This document shows, piece by piece, positions 15,448 through 28,061 of a stretch of DNA of 64,000 nucleotides. Source of the DNA: Pristiophorus japonicus (lineage: Eukaryota); the NCBI RefSeq assembly GCF_044704955.1, contig NC_091984.1, forward strand, positions 198,090,001-198,154,000. Direction: 5' to 3'. The position numbers were made by a program, and so were the translations under genes. Position 1 is the first letter of the stretch. Every line of letters begins with the position of its first letter. The notes beneath the pieces were generated by a model. The model saw nothing but the letters and a program-made list of their open reading frames with translations. It searched no databases and was not told the origin of the DNA.

Positions 15448-16372
15448 GTTCTCACCATTGAAGAGTTACTCTATCACAAAATACTGTGATAGTCACCGCA
15501 AATAAACCAGACACTTGCAAACCTAAGTCAACAATTTATTCTTCAGTTACAAACATCAAAGTAGACTACATTTAAAAACGAGAATAGATGCTTGTACCCA
15601 TAGTTCAGGAATATTGGAATGTGGAAGACCCTCCATTTAGCCAGCACCAAAGTTAAAAAAATACCATGCACTCTCAATTACTTCTTTCGTTTAAAAAAAT
15701 TCAGCTCCTTAAATTTGTTAACACTCTGTTTCCACAGTATGCATAAGCAGTCTGCTCCATACCATTATCCTCTGTGAAGTAGTTAAGCTAAACTTGCATC
15801 TTCTGCAGTTATAGCCATGCCCTTGATTTCAAAGTTTAGCATCATCCCTAAAATGTTATTATGGTCCAGGTTCTCTATCCCACAGTCTTGACATTTTCAA
15901 TAAGCTCTCTCCTGAGATCTCTTCACTGTAACTATTCACAAATTCCATAATAATTTATCATAGCTCTAACCCTCACTATCAGTTTAGTTGCCCTCCTCTG
16001 CACCTTCTCCAAACTCAATAATGATGAGTGACATTTGGTAGGATTCAAGAATGCATTCTGCCTTGTTTGTTCAGAGCCAGAGGTATGCTTTTATGTTCTA
16101 ATTCAAAAAATACAAATCTCATTATTTATCCTCTCAAAGTTTCGTATATTGTGCTTCAATATGCAACTTTGCTTTCTGTATTCGGTGAGTTAAAGCCACA
16201 TATCACTGTAGTTGAGATCCTATGGTACAATAATACCTCCACGTTTTTGATTTCATTCATTGCTGTCTATCAAAATAGCTGCCACCAGTAAAAAAAAACA
16301 CCTCTGTTGAGAACAGAATAACATTATCCAACAACCTCAACTTACATGTACAATATACTAGGAGATCGGGTT

Positions 16373-17722
16373 ATAGAATCATAGAATGGCAGCACAGAAT
16401 GAGGCCATTCAGCATACCATGCCTGACCCGGCTCCTTGGGTGAGCTGTACAATTAATCCCACTTCCCTGCTCTTTCTGCATAGCCCTCTAAATGTTTTCC
16501 TTCAAATATTGTACTATTGAATCTGATTCCTCCACCCTTTCAGGCACTGCATTCCAGATCACAATAACTCGCTGCATTAAAAAAAAATGTTTCCTCATGT
16601 TATCACTGGCTCTTTTGCCGATCACCTTAAATCTGTGTCCTCTGGTTACTGACCCTTCTGCCGTAGGAAACATTTTTCCTTATTTACTCTATCAAAACCA
16701 TTCATGATTTTGAACATCTCTATCAAATTTCCTCTTAACCTTCTCTGCTCTAAGGAGAACAACCTCAGCTTCTCCACATCCCTGGTACTATTCTAGTAAA
16801 TCTCCTCTGCACCCTCTCTAAGGCCTTGACATCCTTTTTCAAGTGTGGTGCCCAGAATTGAACATAATACTCCAGCTGAGGCCTAACCAGTGTTTTATAA
16901 AGATTTAGCGTAACTTCTTTGCTTTTGTATTCTATTCCTCTATTAATAAAGACAAGGATTCCATAAGCTTTTTAAAAATACTCTGCTTTTTTAACAACCT
17001 TCTCAACTTGTCCTGCCACCTTCAAAGATTTGTGTACATACACCCCCAGGTGTCTCTTTGTTCCTGTACCCCCTTTAATATTGTACCGTTTCGTTTATAT
17101 TGCCTCTTTTCATTCTTCCGACCAAAATATATCACTTCATATTTCTCTGTGTTAAATTTTGCCTCCCGTGTGTCTGCCCATTTTACCAGTTTGCCCTCTG
17201 AAGACTGTTGCTGTTCTCCTCACTGTTTACTACATTTACGAGTTTTGTATCTCATGCAAAATACCCAAGTCCAGGTTATTAATATACACCAAGAAGAGTA
17301 GTGGTGCTAATAAAATCCCCTGGGAAACACTACTTTATACTTCCCTCCAGTCAGAAAAACAACCATTCACCACTACTCTTTGCTTTCTGTCCCTTAGCCA
17401 ATTTTGTATGCATGCTGCCACTATCCCTTTAATCTCACGCGCTTTAATTCTGTTAACAAGTATATTATGTGGTACTTTGTGAAACACCTTTTGAAAGTCC
17501 ACATACACAAAATCAGTCACACTACCATCATTACTTTCATTATCCCTCTGTTATTTCATCAAAAACTCAATCAAGTTAGTCAAACATGCTTTGTCTTCAA
17601 TAAATCAGTGCTGTCTTTCATTTATTAGCCCATACTTATCAAATGCCATTAATTTTGTCTTGGATTATTGTCTCAAAGTTTCCCCACTGCTGACATTAGG
17701 CTGACTGGCCTGTAGTTGCTGG
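16373..17722 (-). mobile_element. CR1 LINE 3' fragment
   Basis: VYVDFQKVFHKVPH, WLRDRKQRVVVNGCFSDWREV and TRGHRFK. Tail repeat ATAGAATC at the left. Confidence 0.85.
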
Positions 17723-19003
17723 CAATGTCCCCTGTAAGCTGCACAGCCGCACAGCAGTCTGAAGGTACCACACAGTCTGGGTAAATCGTGAATATTTGTG
17801 GGAGGAAAGTAGTTGAGAGAGTCTTGAAAAGGCAATGAGTATTAAGAGAGATTGGGGAAGTGAGTAATCAAGATGAGGAACATGAGTAGTAAGAATTTCT
17901 TCACCAAACTGGCTCAACCACATCAAGTTCTACTGGGTTTGTTTTTCTCTGCCAAAACAACCTACGACTTAAGAGTACAAATATAACCACAGGTTCTTTT
18001 TTTCTTCTATTGACCACCAATTAACCCCCTTTCCCCTTCTGCTTCCAGCCACATCTCCAACAAGAAGTGCAATGGATTTGTCACAATGAAAGCAACCATC
18101 CATTCAGCTGCCTCTGCTGCTTCTCTCTCCCCATTGCCCACTGAGCCAAACCTTTCCTATTCTCTTTCCACTCTATCCCTGAACCCCTGTCTCTCTAGTT
18201 CCCTCACCCCCACCCCGCCCTCAACAAGTTTGTGTTATCCATTGAGACCTACCCCATTCCCATTAAATGCCTGACCACCCAACTTCCTTTCCTGTCTTCC
18301 ATGCTAGATGGTATTGCAAAAGTTTTCTTATCCTCAGGAACATTCACCCTCCTCCTCCCTTTCTAAACTTCCATCACCAGCCCCACCTCATAAAATCCAT
18401 ATTTGACCACTATGCCCTTGCTATCTACCACCCTATCTCCAGCATTCTTTTCCTCTCCAAAGTCCTTCAATGTGATATTGCCTGCCAGATCTTTCCTCTG
18501 CAACTCCCTGTTTGAATCATGCCAATCAGGGCTCCACCCTTCCTACAGCACCAAAATGGCGCCAACGAAAATCACAAATGATGAATGACATTCTCTCTTG
18601 TCCTCTCTGCAACTTTTGGCACAGTTAGTCACACCAACCTCCTGTAACATCTCTCCTCTGTTGCCCAACTCTGTGGCACTGCCCTCGCTTGGTTCCATTA
18701 TTATCTTTGCAATCATAGCCAGAGTAGCTCTAGCAATGGCTTCTCTTCCCAGCCCTGGGAGTCCTTCAAGGTTCCCTTCTCTGCCTCATTATTCCCTGGC
18801 AACATTATCTACAGACATGGGGGTCAGCTTCTATTTGTATGTCAATGACACCCAACTCTGCCAGTCCATCGCCTCGATTGACTCTGCTACTGCCTGTATT
18901 GTCACAATATTTATCCAACATCTACTCTTGCATGAGTCTTAACTTCCTCCAAAATCATCATCTTGCGTCCCTCTCCTCAGCTACTGTCTCAGGCTCAACC
19001 CTA

Positions 19004-19537
19004 TCATCATCATAGGCAGTCCCTCGAAACGAGGATGACTTGCTTCCACGCCAAAAAAGGATGAGTTCACAGGTGTTTCAATGATGGACCTAATATTCCA
19101 GGTCCTGAACTACATCCTGAAGGGTGGAAGATGCCTGTGTGTGGATTTTTTTAACGTGCAATGGCCACCACACGGGCTTGACAGAGCTAGGTCTTGGTCC
19201 AGTGGCAAGGGTTATCCAAGACGACTGGAGACAAGCTCTGCTGCATGAACCTAGTGTGCACACATATCGCAGTGTGGGCTGTCCTGTGCTGCCCCAGGAT
19301 CTCGAACTCACGCCTCTCCTGGGCCCCGATCACATCCCTCCACAGTCTCTCACCGCTCCTGCTGTACCTTCCCACACTCCAATCACCGACCTGGACTTTG
19401 ATAATGTCACTCTTCACTGCCGTCGCCCTCCTGCACCAGCTCGCGCTGCTCCCTGAAGTGGTATGCCTCCATGCTGCTCCTGGGCCGCCGCTCACTGCTC
19501 CTTTTATGGCCCTGACCTGCCGCTGGTGTTTTCACGC
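19004..19537 (-). mobile_element. bipartite non-autonomous RTE-derived element (SINE-like)
   Basis: RTE 5'UTR and ORF start fused directly to the RTE 3' tail, preceded by a GC-rich head. Confidence 0.7.
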
Positions 19538-19589
19538 TCAACCCTTTATCCTCTCAATCACTGTCTACTTCCGTCTTTTTTTTACTGCG

Positions 19590-20126
19590 AGGGACCATCA
19601 GCGGCAGGTCAGGGCCATAAAAGTATCATGCCACTGCAAGGTACAGCGCGAGCCGGTCCGGGAGGGCGACGGCTGTGAAGAGGGCGACTGGATTGGACGT
19701 CACCAGAACCCAGGTCAGTGATTGGAGCATGGGCAGGTACAGCAGGAGCGACGAGGTCGGGACAAAGGAGCGGTGAGAGATTGCAGAGCAATGTGATCGG
19801 GGCCCAGGAGAGGCGAGAGTTCGGAGCCTAGAAGAGGTGAGAGCCCAGGGGCAACATGGGCCAGCCCACACTGCACTATGTGTGCGCACTAGGTCCGTGC
19901 AGCAGAGCTTGTATCCAGACCTCTTGGTTAATCCTTGCCAGTGGACCAAGACCTAGCTCTGTCAAGCCAGTGTAGTGGCTGGTGTGCAACGGCCACCACA
20001 CATTAAAAAAATCCACGCACACGCATCTTCCACCCTTCAATATGCAGTTCGGGACCTGCAATATTAGGTCCTTCATTGAAACACCTGTGAACTCATCCTC
20101 TTTTGGCGTGGAAGCAAGTCATCATC
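19590..20126 (+). mobile_element. second copy of the bipartite RTE-derived element, head-to-head with the previous one
   Basis: Reverse-complement similarity to 19004-19537 over ~500 bp. Tail truncated at GGAAGCAAGTCATC. Confidence 0.7.
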
Positions 20127-20989
20127 TGCACATCTGCTGAAGCCCTCATATATGCCTTTGTCACCTCCAAACTACTGCTCAGACTTTCCATAAACTTCTA
20201 TTCTGTTTCCCATCTCTTACCAAGTCGCACTCACCAATCATCCACATCTTTACTCGCCCACCCAGTCTGACATGCCTAGATTTTAAAATTCTCATTCTTG
20301 TTTTCAAATCCCTCCAGGGCCTTGCCCCCTCCCCATCTCTGTAACCTCCTCCAGCTCTACAACCCTCCAAGATCTCTACACTCCTCCAATTCTGGCCTCA
20401 TGCACATCCCTGATTTTCTTTGCTCCACCATTGGTGGCCTTGCCTTTAACTGCCTAGGCCTAAAGCTCTGGAATTCTCTCCCTAAACTACTCCACCTCTC
20501 CTTTAACATGCGCCTTAAAATCTACCTCTTGGTCACCTATTCCAATATCTCCTGGCTTGGTATCAAATTTTGTTTGATAATTGCTCCTGTGAAGTGCCTT
20601 GAGATGTTTTATTGCATTAAGGCGCTTATATAAATGTAAGTTGTTGGTCCTCCCAACGTTTCAAATTTAAAATTTGTATCCGTGTGTTTAAATCTCTCCA
20701 TGGTCTCGTCCCTCCCCATCTCCATTCCACTCCTCTAACTGACCTCTTGTTCATGCTCCTCTCCCTTCAACTCACTATTGGTAGGTGGGCTTCCATCCTT
20801 AATTTGCCCCTCCCTCCACTGCTATATAAATGTTGTTTGTGAGAAGTGAGTAATTGTGGAGCGAGTAGTTAGTACACAGCTGAAGGGTAGTGTGTAAGGC
20901 ATAATGAATAGTTCTGGGGGTGGGTAGCAAGCACTGGGGAGATGGAAACTGAGGGGAACGTGCAGTTTGTCTGTGGGCTAGTGGACAAT

Positions 20990-21241
20990 TTATATAGCAC
21001 CTTTCACATCCTCAAGACATTCCAAACACCTTCACAGCCAATGAAGCACTTTTGAAGTGTAGTCACTGTGTACAGCAAAGTCCCATGGGATAAAAGACCA
21101 TTTTGGTGGTGTTGGTTGAGCGATAAATGATCACCAGAGCACTGGGAGATCTCCCCTGTTCGTTGAATAGTGCCTACAGATCTTTGGCTCCTACCTGAGG
21201 ACAGACAGGGCCTCAGTTTGACTCATCCAAAAGACAGCACC
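20990..21241 (-). mobile_element. same SINE family, partial
   Basis: Colinear with the 3' half of 12235-12653. Confidence 0.6.
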
Positions 21242-21589
21242 GCAAATTTGGAGATTTGCGGGGTCAAATGTGTAGTTTGGTAAAGGGAACAGTTAGTGTT
21301 TTTAAATGACCGAAAGCATTACAACACAGCTTTCAGTTGGTGGCACAATAGCAAACTCATTTTATTTTATTGCTGGTCAATTTCCCATGGCATTGAGCAT
21401 GGTAAGTTGGAGAATATGGCATTGGTCTCACCTGTCACTGTTGTCATTGTGTTGCTCTCTCTCTCTACTTTGTCTCCTCTTCTGTCTCCTTTCTCTTTTC
21501 TTTCCCTAACTCTTTTGGCTTCCCTTATGCTTTCCCCCACCACCTCGTACCCATCGCACCCCAACTCTACACCTTCCCACTACCCTTAC

Positions 21590-24500
21590 TGTTATGTCTC
21601 AAATAAAGCAATGTGACCTTAGTCTCTTTAATCTGACTCCAGAGTGCCTGCACAGCATGAGAGGCCTGCTTTTATACAGTGCTCCAAAGGGATGCTGGGA
21701 TCCCTTGGGACTCCAACAGATGCACCCTCTAGTGGTGGTAGAATGCTGGTTACATGGTGTTGCATAATAACATCACTCCTCCTCCTCCTCCCCCCCGCAC
21801 CCCCCCCCCCCCCCCACACAAAGTCAATAGTACACTTATTTACAGGATGAGACAATCTGGGGCTTTCGCTCACTAGTCGATCGTCTTGGTACAAACACAG
21901 GTGCAGGTGAGTTGGTTGGGCCTTCGCTGGGCTGCTGCGCAGCTGGCCTTGCTGGGCTGCTGGGGATGATGAGTTCAGCTTCGTGGTCAACCGTGATGTC
22001 GGTTGCCTCTTGTATGTGTATCAAAGGGTCGAAGTTGGTGGTGTCTTCTTCAGGTTGCTCGTGGCTGTTTGTGAATCGCAGTTTGGTTTGGTCCAAATGC
22101 TTTCTGCAAGTTAGTCCATTTGCAAGTTTGACCTCAAACACCCTACTCTCTTCTTTGGCTACGACAGTGCCAGCAAGCCATTTGGGACCATGTCCATAGT
22201 TGAGTACAAATACAGGGTCATTGACTTCAATATCGCATGACAAATTTGAGCGATCATGGTATGTGCTTTGTTGATGCCGCCTGCCCTTGACATGATCAAG
22301 GAGATCAGAGTGGACGAAAGAGAGCCTTGTTTTGAGCGCCCTTTTCATGAGCAGTTCGGCAGGGGGAACTCCGGTGAGCGAGTGGGGTCTTGTGCAGTAG
22401 CTGAGCAGGACTCAGGACAAGCGGGTCTGCAGGGAGCCTTCGGACACGCATTTCAAGCTTTGCTTGATGGTTTGAACTGCCCGTTCTGCCTGGCCATTAA
22501 ATGCGGGCTTGAACGGGGCATATAGGACATGCTTGATCCCATTGCGGGTCATGAATTCCTTGAATTCAGCGCTGGTGAAGCACGGCCCATTGTCGCTGAC
22601 AAGGACATCAGGCAGGTCGTGCGTGGCAAACATGGCTCGTAGATTTTCGATGGTGGCAGTGGACGTGCTTCCAGACATTATTACGCACTCAATCTATTTT
22701 GAATAAGCATCCACAACAACCAAGACCATTTTGGAGGGCCATGACCACAAACTTAGTGGTGCCTCCCTGGGTGCATTGCTCAGTTGAGAGCAAGTGTTGC
22801 ATTGGCGCACGCAAGACTCCAAATCTGAGTCGATGCCGGGCCACCACACATGGGATCTGGCTATAGCTTTCATCATTACTATGACTGGGTGGGTACTGTG
22901 TAGGTCGCGTATGAATGTTTCCCTGTCTTTCTTAGGCAAAACCACGCAATTACACCACAAAAGACAGTCCGCCTGTATGGACATTTCGTCTTTGCGCCGC
23001 TGGAATGGCTTGATCTCTTCATGCATCTCCGCTGGGATGCTGGATCAGCTCCCATGGAGGACACAGTTTTTTGCAAGGGACAGTAAAGGATCCTGGCTGA
23101 TCCAGGTCCTGATCTGGCGGGCCGTAACGGGTGACTTTTCGTTTTCAAATGCATCCATCACCAAGAGCAAGTCTGCAGGCTGTGCCATTTCCATCCCAGT
23201 GGTGGGCAATGGTAGCTGACTGAGAGCATCAGCGCAGTTCTCTGTGCCTGGCCTGTGGCGAATTACATAGTTAGTGTGAGCGCCCATCTTTGGATGCGAG
23301 CAGAGGCGTTGGTATTAATACCTTTGCTCTCTGAGAATAGCGATATGAGCGGCTTATGGTCAGTTTCTAACTCGAACTTATGCCCAAACAGATACTGGTG
23401 CATTTTTTTCACCCCATAAACGCATGCCAGAGCTTCTTTTTCATTCATGCTGTAGGCTCTTTCAGCCTTGGACAAGCTCCTGGATGCATAAGCGACCGGT
23501 TGCAATGTTCCCGATTCGTTGTAACACACACCCGACCCCGTACGAAGATGCATCGCAAGCTAGCACTAAATGTTTAAATGGGTCATACAGAACAACAGTT
23601 TGTTGGAACATAACAGATTTCTGGCTTTCTCAAAAGCAGTCTCTTGTGATTTCCGCCATATCCAGTCATCTCCCTGGCGTAGCAACAAATGTAGACGTTC
23701 TAGCAAGGTGCTTAACCCGGGTAGGAAATTACCAAAATAATTGAGGAATCCCAGGAACAATCGCAGCTCCGTCACGTTCTGTGATCTCAGCACGTTCTTG
23801 ATGGCCTCCGTCTTGGCATCGGTGGGTCTGATGCCGTCTGCCGCGTTTCTTCTCCCTAAGAACTCTACCTTTGGCATCAGGAAAACAAACTTCGAACGTT
23901 TCAACCTGAGTCCCACACGATCCAGCCGACTTAGAACCTCTTCCAGGTTCTGCAAGTGTTCAATGGTGTCCTGACCTGTGATCAATATGTCGTCCTGGAA
24001 AACCACAGTGCGCGGAACCGACTTTAGCAGACTCTCCAGGGTCCTTTGAAAAATAGCCGCGGCCAATCGAATCCCAAATGGGCATCTATGTAGATGAACA
24101 CACCTTTGTGCGTGTTAATGCAGGTGAGGCCTTTTGAAGATTCTGTCAGCTCCTGTGTCATGTAGGCCGAGGTCAGGTCCAACTTGGTGAACATCTTTCC
24201 TCCTGCCAGCGTCGCAAATAGGTCGTCTGCCTTGGGTAGCGGGTACTGGTCCTGCAGCGATAAATGGTTAATCGTTACTTTATAGTCTCCACAAATTCTG
24301 AACGTGCCATCGCCCTTGAGAACCAGATCAATCGGATTGGCCCACTTATTGAACTCAACCGGCGCGATGATGCTCTCTTGTTGCAGCCTGTCCAGCTCAA
24401 TCTTCACTTTCTCTCGCATCATGTATGGCACCGTATGTGCCTTGTGGTGGAAGGGTCGTGTCCCGGGAACCAAGTGGATCTGCACCTTCTCCAGGATGCC

Positions 24501-24676
24501 AACAGTTCTCTGCATTTTCGCGTGGTGGTTCGTTATCTATTACTCGTCACCAGTTGTTATGTCTCAAATAAAGCAATGTGACTGAGTACTATAGAATGCT
24601 GGGATCCCTTGGGACTCCAACAGATGCACCTCTGGTGGTGGTATGTATGCAACATCATGTAACCAGCATTCTAACA
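21590..24676 (-). mobile_element. Ty3/Gypsy LTR retrotransposon, gag/protease-deleted, defective
   Basis: LTRs TG...CA at 21590-21772 and 24555-24676. TSD CTTAC. PBS TGGTGACGAG (resembles the tRNA-Ser 3' end). Polypurine tract next to the 3' LTR. Domain order RT (FQDD)-RNaseH (FELETDHKPL)-integrase (HHCC, SDNGP). Confidence 0.92.
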
Positions 24677-25349
24677 CTTACCATCACCCCTTTCCCATCA
24701 CTATCCCTAACTGTTCCACTTTGAACTACCCTTGAACCTCTGTATTCTCACTCCCTTTGTCTGCTGTCATTCACCTCACCCTTATCCCTCCATGTGCTCC
24801 CACTCACTCCCCCCAAAGGTGGCCCGCAAGATTCCAGAGGCACTCTGACTATAACCTATTTCCCTTCTGCCCGCCCTTTGAATCTGTTGCCCTCAGTTTT
24901 TATTTGCTTTCAAAATTCAACATACTTACAAAAAATGAAATTAGATTGAGGAAAGATGCTGCCTACCTTTCTCCTTATGTGCACCTTGCTCTCATAGGTA
25001 TAAAGAATTAGCACCTTTTCTAACCATCAAGGAAATAGAGGTAGATTATTAGTTGGCCTTAGAATTCAACTTTTGTTTTGAAAATTGAAAATATGAAGTA
25101 GTTTCCTCTTTCCCTCAGCCTAATCCACTTTCTAAAGTTTATAGAACACAAACCAAAGTTCACAAAAGGTGTATGATCAGAACAGTGTCACTTTTTCTCA
25201 CTTTCTTATACACTCACATATGCAGCATTACTGGGGTTTTTTCAAAAAAAGGATAAATGTTCTCAAATCTTTTGAAATTTGTCCTTTTGTTTTTCAAAAT
25301 TATTTGAAGAAAAGCTACTGAATAGAAAGTGCTAGAGCTATAGAAAAAT

Positions 25350-25850
25350 GTTCCATCAGTACAATTGATTGAGTAGTATAATGCAGCCAATGAAATATCA
25401 TTGTCAAAGGATACTCCGCTGTCTCCTTTACTCTATGTGGCAGAAAATCTGTTGTCATGTTGGAATTCAGATTAAAATCTCCATCTATTTGCCTCCTTCA
25501 CATAACCCTCGAGTTCCCACCCTGTGGCTTGGTAGTATGGTATTCCATAGGGAATGTTGAAACAATAAACTTTTCCACAAGCATCACTTTTTTAACTCCT
25601 TCCATCAGCTTGCCTCAGAGTATACAGCCCCAAATTGGGCATTTTTCAATCTCCTAAGCTTAAGTACTCCCTGACAAGTAAGGAGATTGTTTCCAAGCTC
25701 AACTCAGTCTTGTTGCCTCTGGAGACTTACAACCAAGCTAAAATCTTTAGTATATATTTACATCCATGGGTATGACGAGATGGAAAAAGCCTGGGAGACT
25801 GATCTCCAGGGGTCCTCCAAGTGGAGATTATTCACTACATTTGCTAAGTT
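25350..25850 (+). mobile_element. highly decayed L1-like ORF2 C-terminal remnant
   Basis: Fragmentary motifs in the order expected for fish L1 (..HNP.., W.S.G, FHQL..EY, KAWETDL..W). Confidence 0.35.
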
Positions 25851-26593
25851 TAAAACCACAAGCCTTACTCTTCTGGGTTAATAACTTATTTTAAGTGAGG
25901 CTAACATTCCATTGTTCTGTTTTCAAGCCTTTGTTCACTGTAAAAACAGGGGAGCTGTCAAGTATCATTCATTTGAAGTGAGACTTGTTTTTTGGTAACA
26001 TTTTGATGAATCTCATTATAGTGAACAGAGGACTATATATTTAAATAGATTTATAATGTCTCACTTTTTAATCTTGTCTTTTATTCTTAGTAAGGGCAGA
26101 CAGTCTACACTATTTCGGTGGATTTTTAAGTCTGTCTCACTCTGTTTTTTTTATCACAAATTCTTCTCATTGGTAATGGCCTGACCTTGGCAGCTTTGCA
26201 TATGTTTTCATTGACTGAAATATTGAGGCATTTTTGCATCCATTCAAACCTTTTTAGGAAAGGTTTTCCACAATGATTCTTCAGAAACTGATTAAAAATA
26301 TTTTTGAAAACAGAACTAAGTTGGAATGCTAGAATAGACAAGAAAGTTTTGTTAACTTCTTAGAAACAAGTAGGAACCATTAAATTACCTTTGCAGATAC
26401 TTTGTTACATCAAACAGTCCATGTAAAGTAGCTTAATTGTCCTTTTCATTATTCACCTACAAAATCAGCCATTATAGACTTCCAAACATTTCAACCACTA
26501 AAATATCAGTACTTCTTTTGAATTTAAGTATTGCAAATAGAAAAAGATTCCTATCAGTGAGTTTTACAGTGCAAGATAAAGACAATTCATTGT

Positions 26594-26678
26594 TTAAAAT
26601 AAAATCACTTTTTATGTCACTACAACTTCCTTTTTAAGGAAAGAAGCTGTAGTGACATAAAAAGTGATTTTATTTTAA
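26594..26678. repeat. perfect 31-bp inverted repeat (85-bp hairpin)
   Basis: TTAAAATAAAATCACTTTTTATGTCACTACA at 26594-26624 and its exact reverse complement at 26648-26678. Confidence 0.9.
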
Positions 26679-26703
26679 TGAACAAAGTAGTTTAATTATG
26701 TTT

Positions 26704-27809
26704 CATCATCATAGGCAATCCCTCAAAATCGAGGACGACTTGTTTCCACTCTAAAAGTGAGTTCTCCAATATGGCAATTATAGTCTCTGTCACAGGTAGG
26801 GTAGATAGAGATTGAAGGAAAGGGTGGGTGGGAGTCTGGTTTGCCGCTCGTTCCTTCCACTGTCTGCGCTTGATTTCTGTATGCTCTCGACAACGAGACT
26901 CGAGGTGCTCATCGCACTACCGGATGCTCTTCCTCCAGTTCGGGCGGTCTTGGGCCAGGGATTCCCAGGTGCCGGTGGGGATTTTGCACTTTATCAAGGA
27001 GGCTTTGAGGGTGTCCTTCAAGTGTTTCCTCTGCTCACCTGGGGCTCACTTGCCGTGTAGGAGTTCCGAGTAGAGCGCTTACTTTGGGAGTCTTGTGTCG
27101 GGCATGCGGATGGTGTGCCCAATGGAGCTGGTCGAGTGTGGTCAGTGCTTCAATGCTGGGGATGTTGGCCTGATTGAGAACACTGACGTTGGTGCGTCTA
27201 TCCTCCCAGGGTATTTGCAGGATCTTGCAGCGCTGGTGGTACTTCTCCAACGTTTTGAGGTGTCTACTGTATATGGTCCATGTCTCTTAGCCATATAGGA
27301 GAGTGGGTTTCACTACTGCCCTGTAGACCATAAGCTTGGTGCCAGATTTGAGGTCCTGGTCTTCAATACTCTCTTCCTCAGGTGACCAAAGGCTGCTTTA
27401 GCGCACTGGAGGCGTCGATGCCTGCCCTTGCTGATACTAGGCTCCCAAAGTATGGAAAATGGTCCATGCTGTCCAATGCCGCGCCATGGATTTTGATGAC
27501 ACAGTGCTGTGTGGTGGGGTCAGGTTGGTGGAGGACCTTTGTCTTACGGATGTTTAGTGTAAGGCCTATGCTTTTGTACGCCTCGATGAAGGTGTTGACA
27601 ATGGCTTGGAGTTCGGCCTCTGTGCGCAGTCACAAGCTACGGAAATCATTAAGGACACCGAGGCAGTCAGGGCCCGCTGGAAGGAGCACTTTGAAGATCT
27701 TCTTAATCGAGACTCTGACACGATGTCCTCGACTCCATCCCGCAACATGCTACCCGCCACCATCTCAGCAAAACCCCAGCCCTGCACAAGGTAGAAAATA
27801 CCTTGTGAC
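26704..27809 (-). mobile_element. RTE-clade LINE, truncated, 5'-inverted
   Basis: Tail at 26704. The 3' part is on the minus strand to ~27628, then a plus-strand segment (KDTEAVRARWKEHFEDLLN). TSD AATTATGTTT at 26694-26703 and 27810-27819. Confidence 0.82.
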
Positions 27810-28061
27810 AATTATGTTTAGTGTGTAACTGACAGCATCCAAGAAAAAAAAGGTACACTACTTTAAAAAAAATGCTTAAAATTTTGATAGTTGTTAATTT
27901 AGTGAATATCTGATACATATCCAGAAAGAAACATGATCAGACTAATGTTATGTAGCAAGTTTCTAAAAACGCTTAGGCTTGTTTTTCTGCAACAAATAGT
28001 CAATGATGTAAAGGTAGCTTGTGTGCTGTTAAAATAAACCATTTTGATGGAAAAATTAGAT

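Larger units (their letters stand above)
17800..20647 (+). mobile_element. old L2-type LINE remnant (interrupted by the 19004-20126 pair)
   Basis: Pyrimidine-rich degenerate RT (PISSILFLSKVL, FESCQSG, YVNDTQL). L2 3' end LWNSLP...ATATAAATGTAAGTTGTTG. Confidence 0.7.

Noticed and set aside
21836-24515. domesticated Gypsy integrase/RT gene
   Set aside because: pol is broken into several frames, and the LTRs and TSD show an ordinary insertion.
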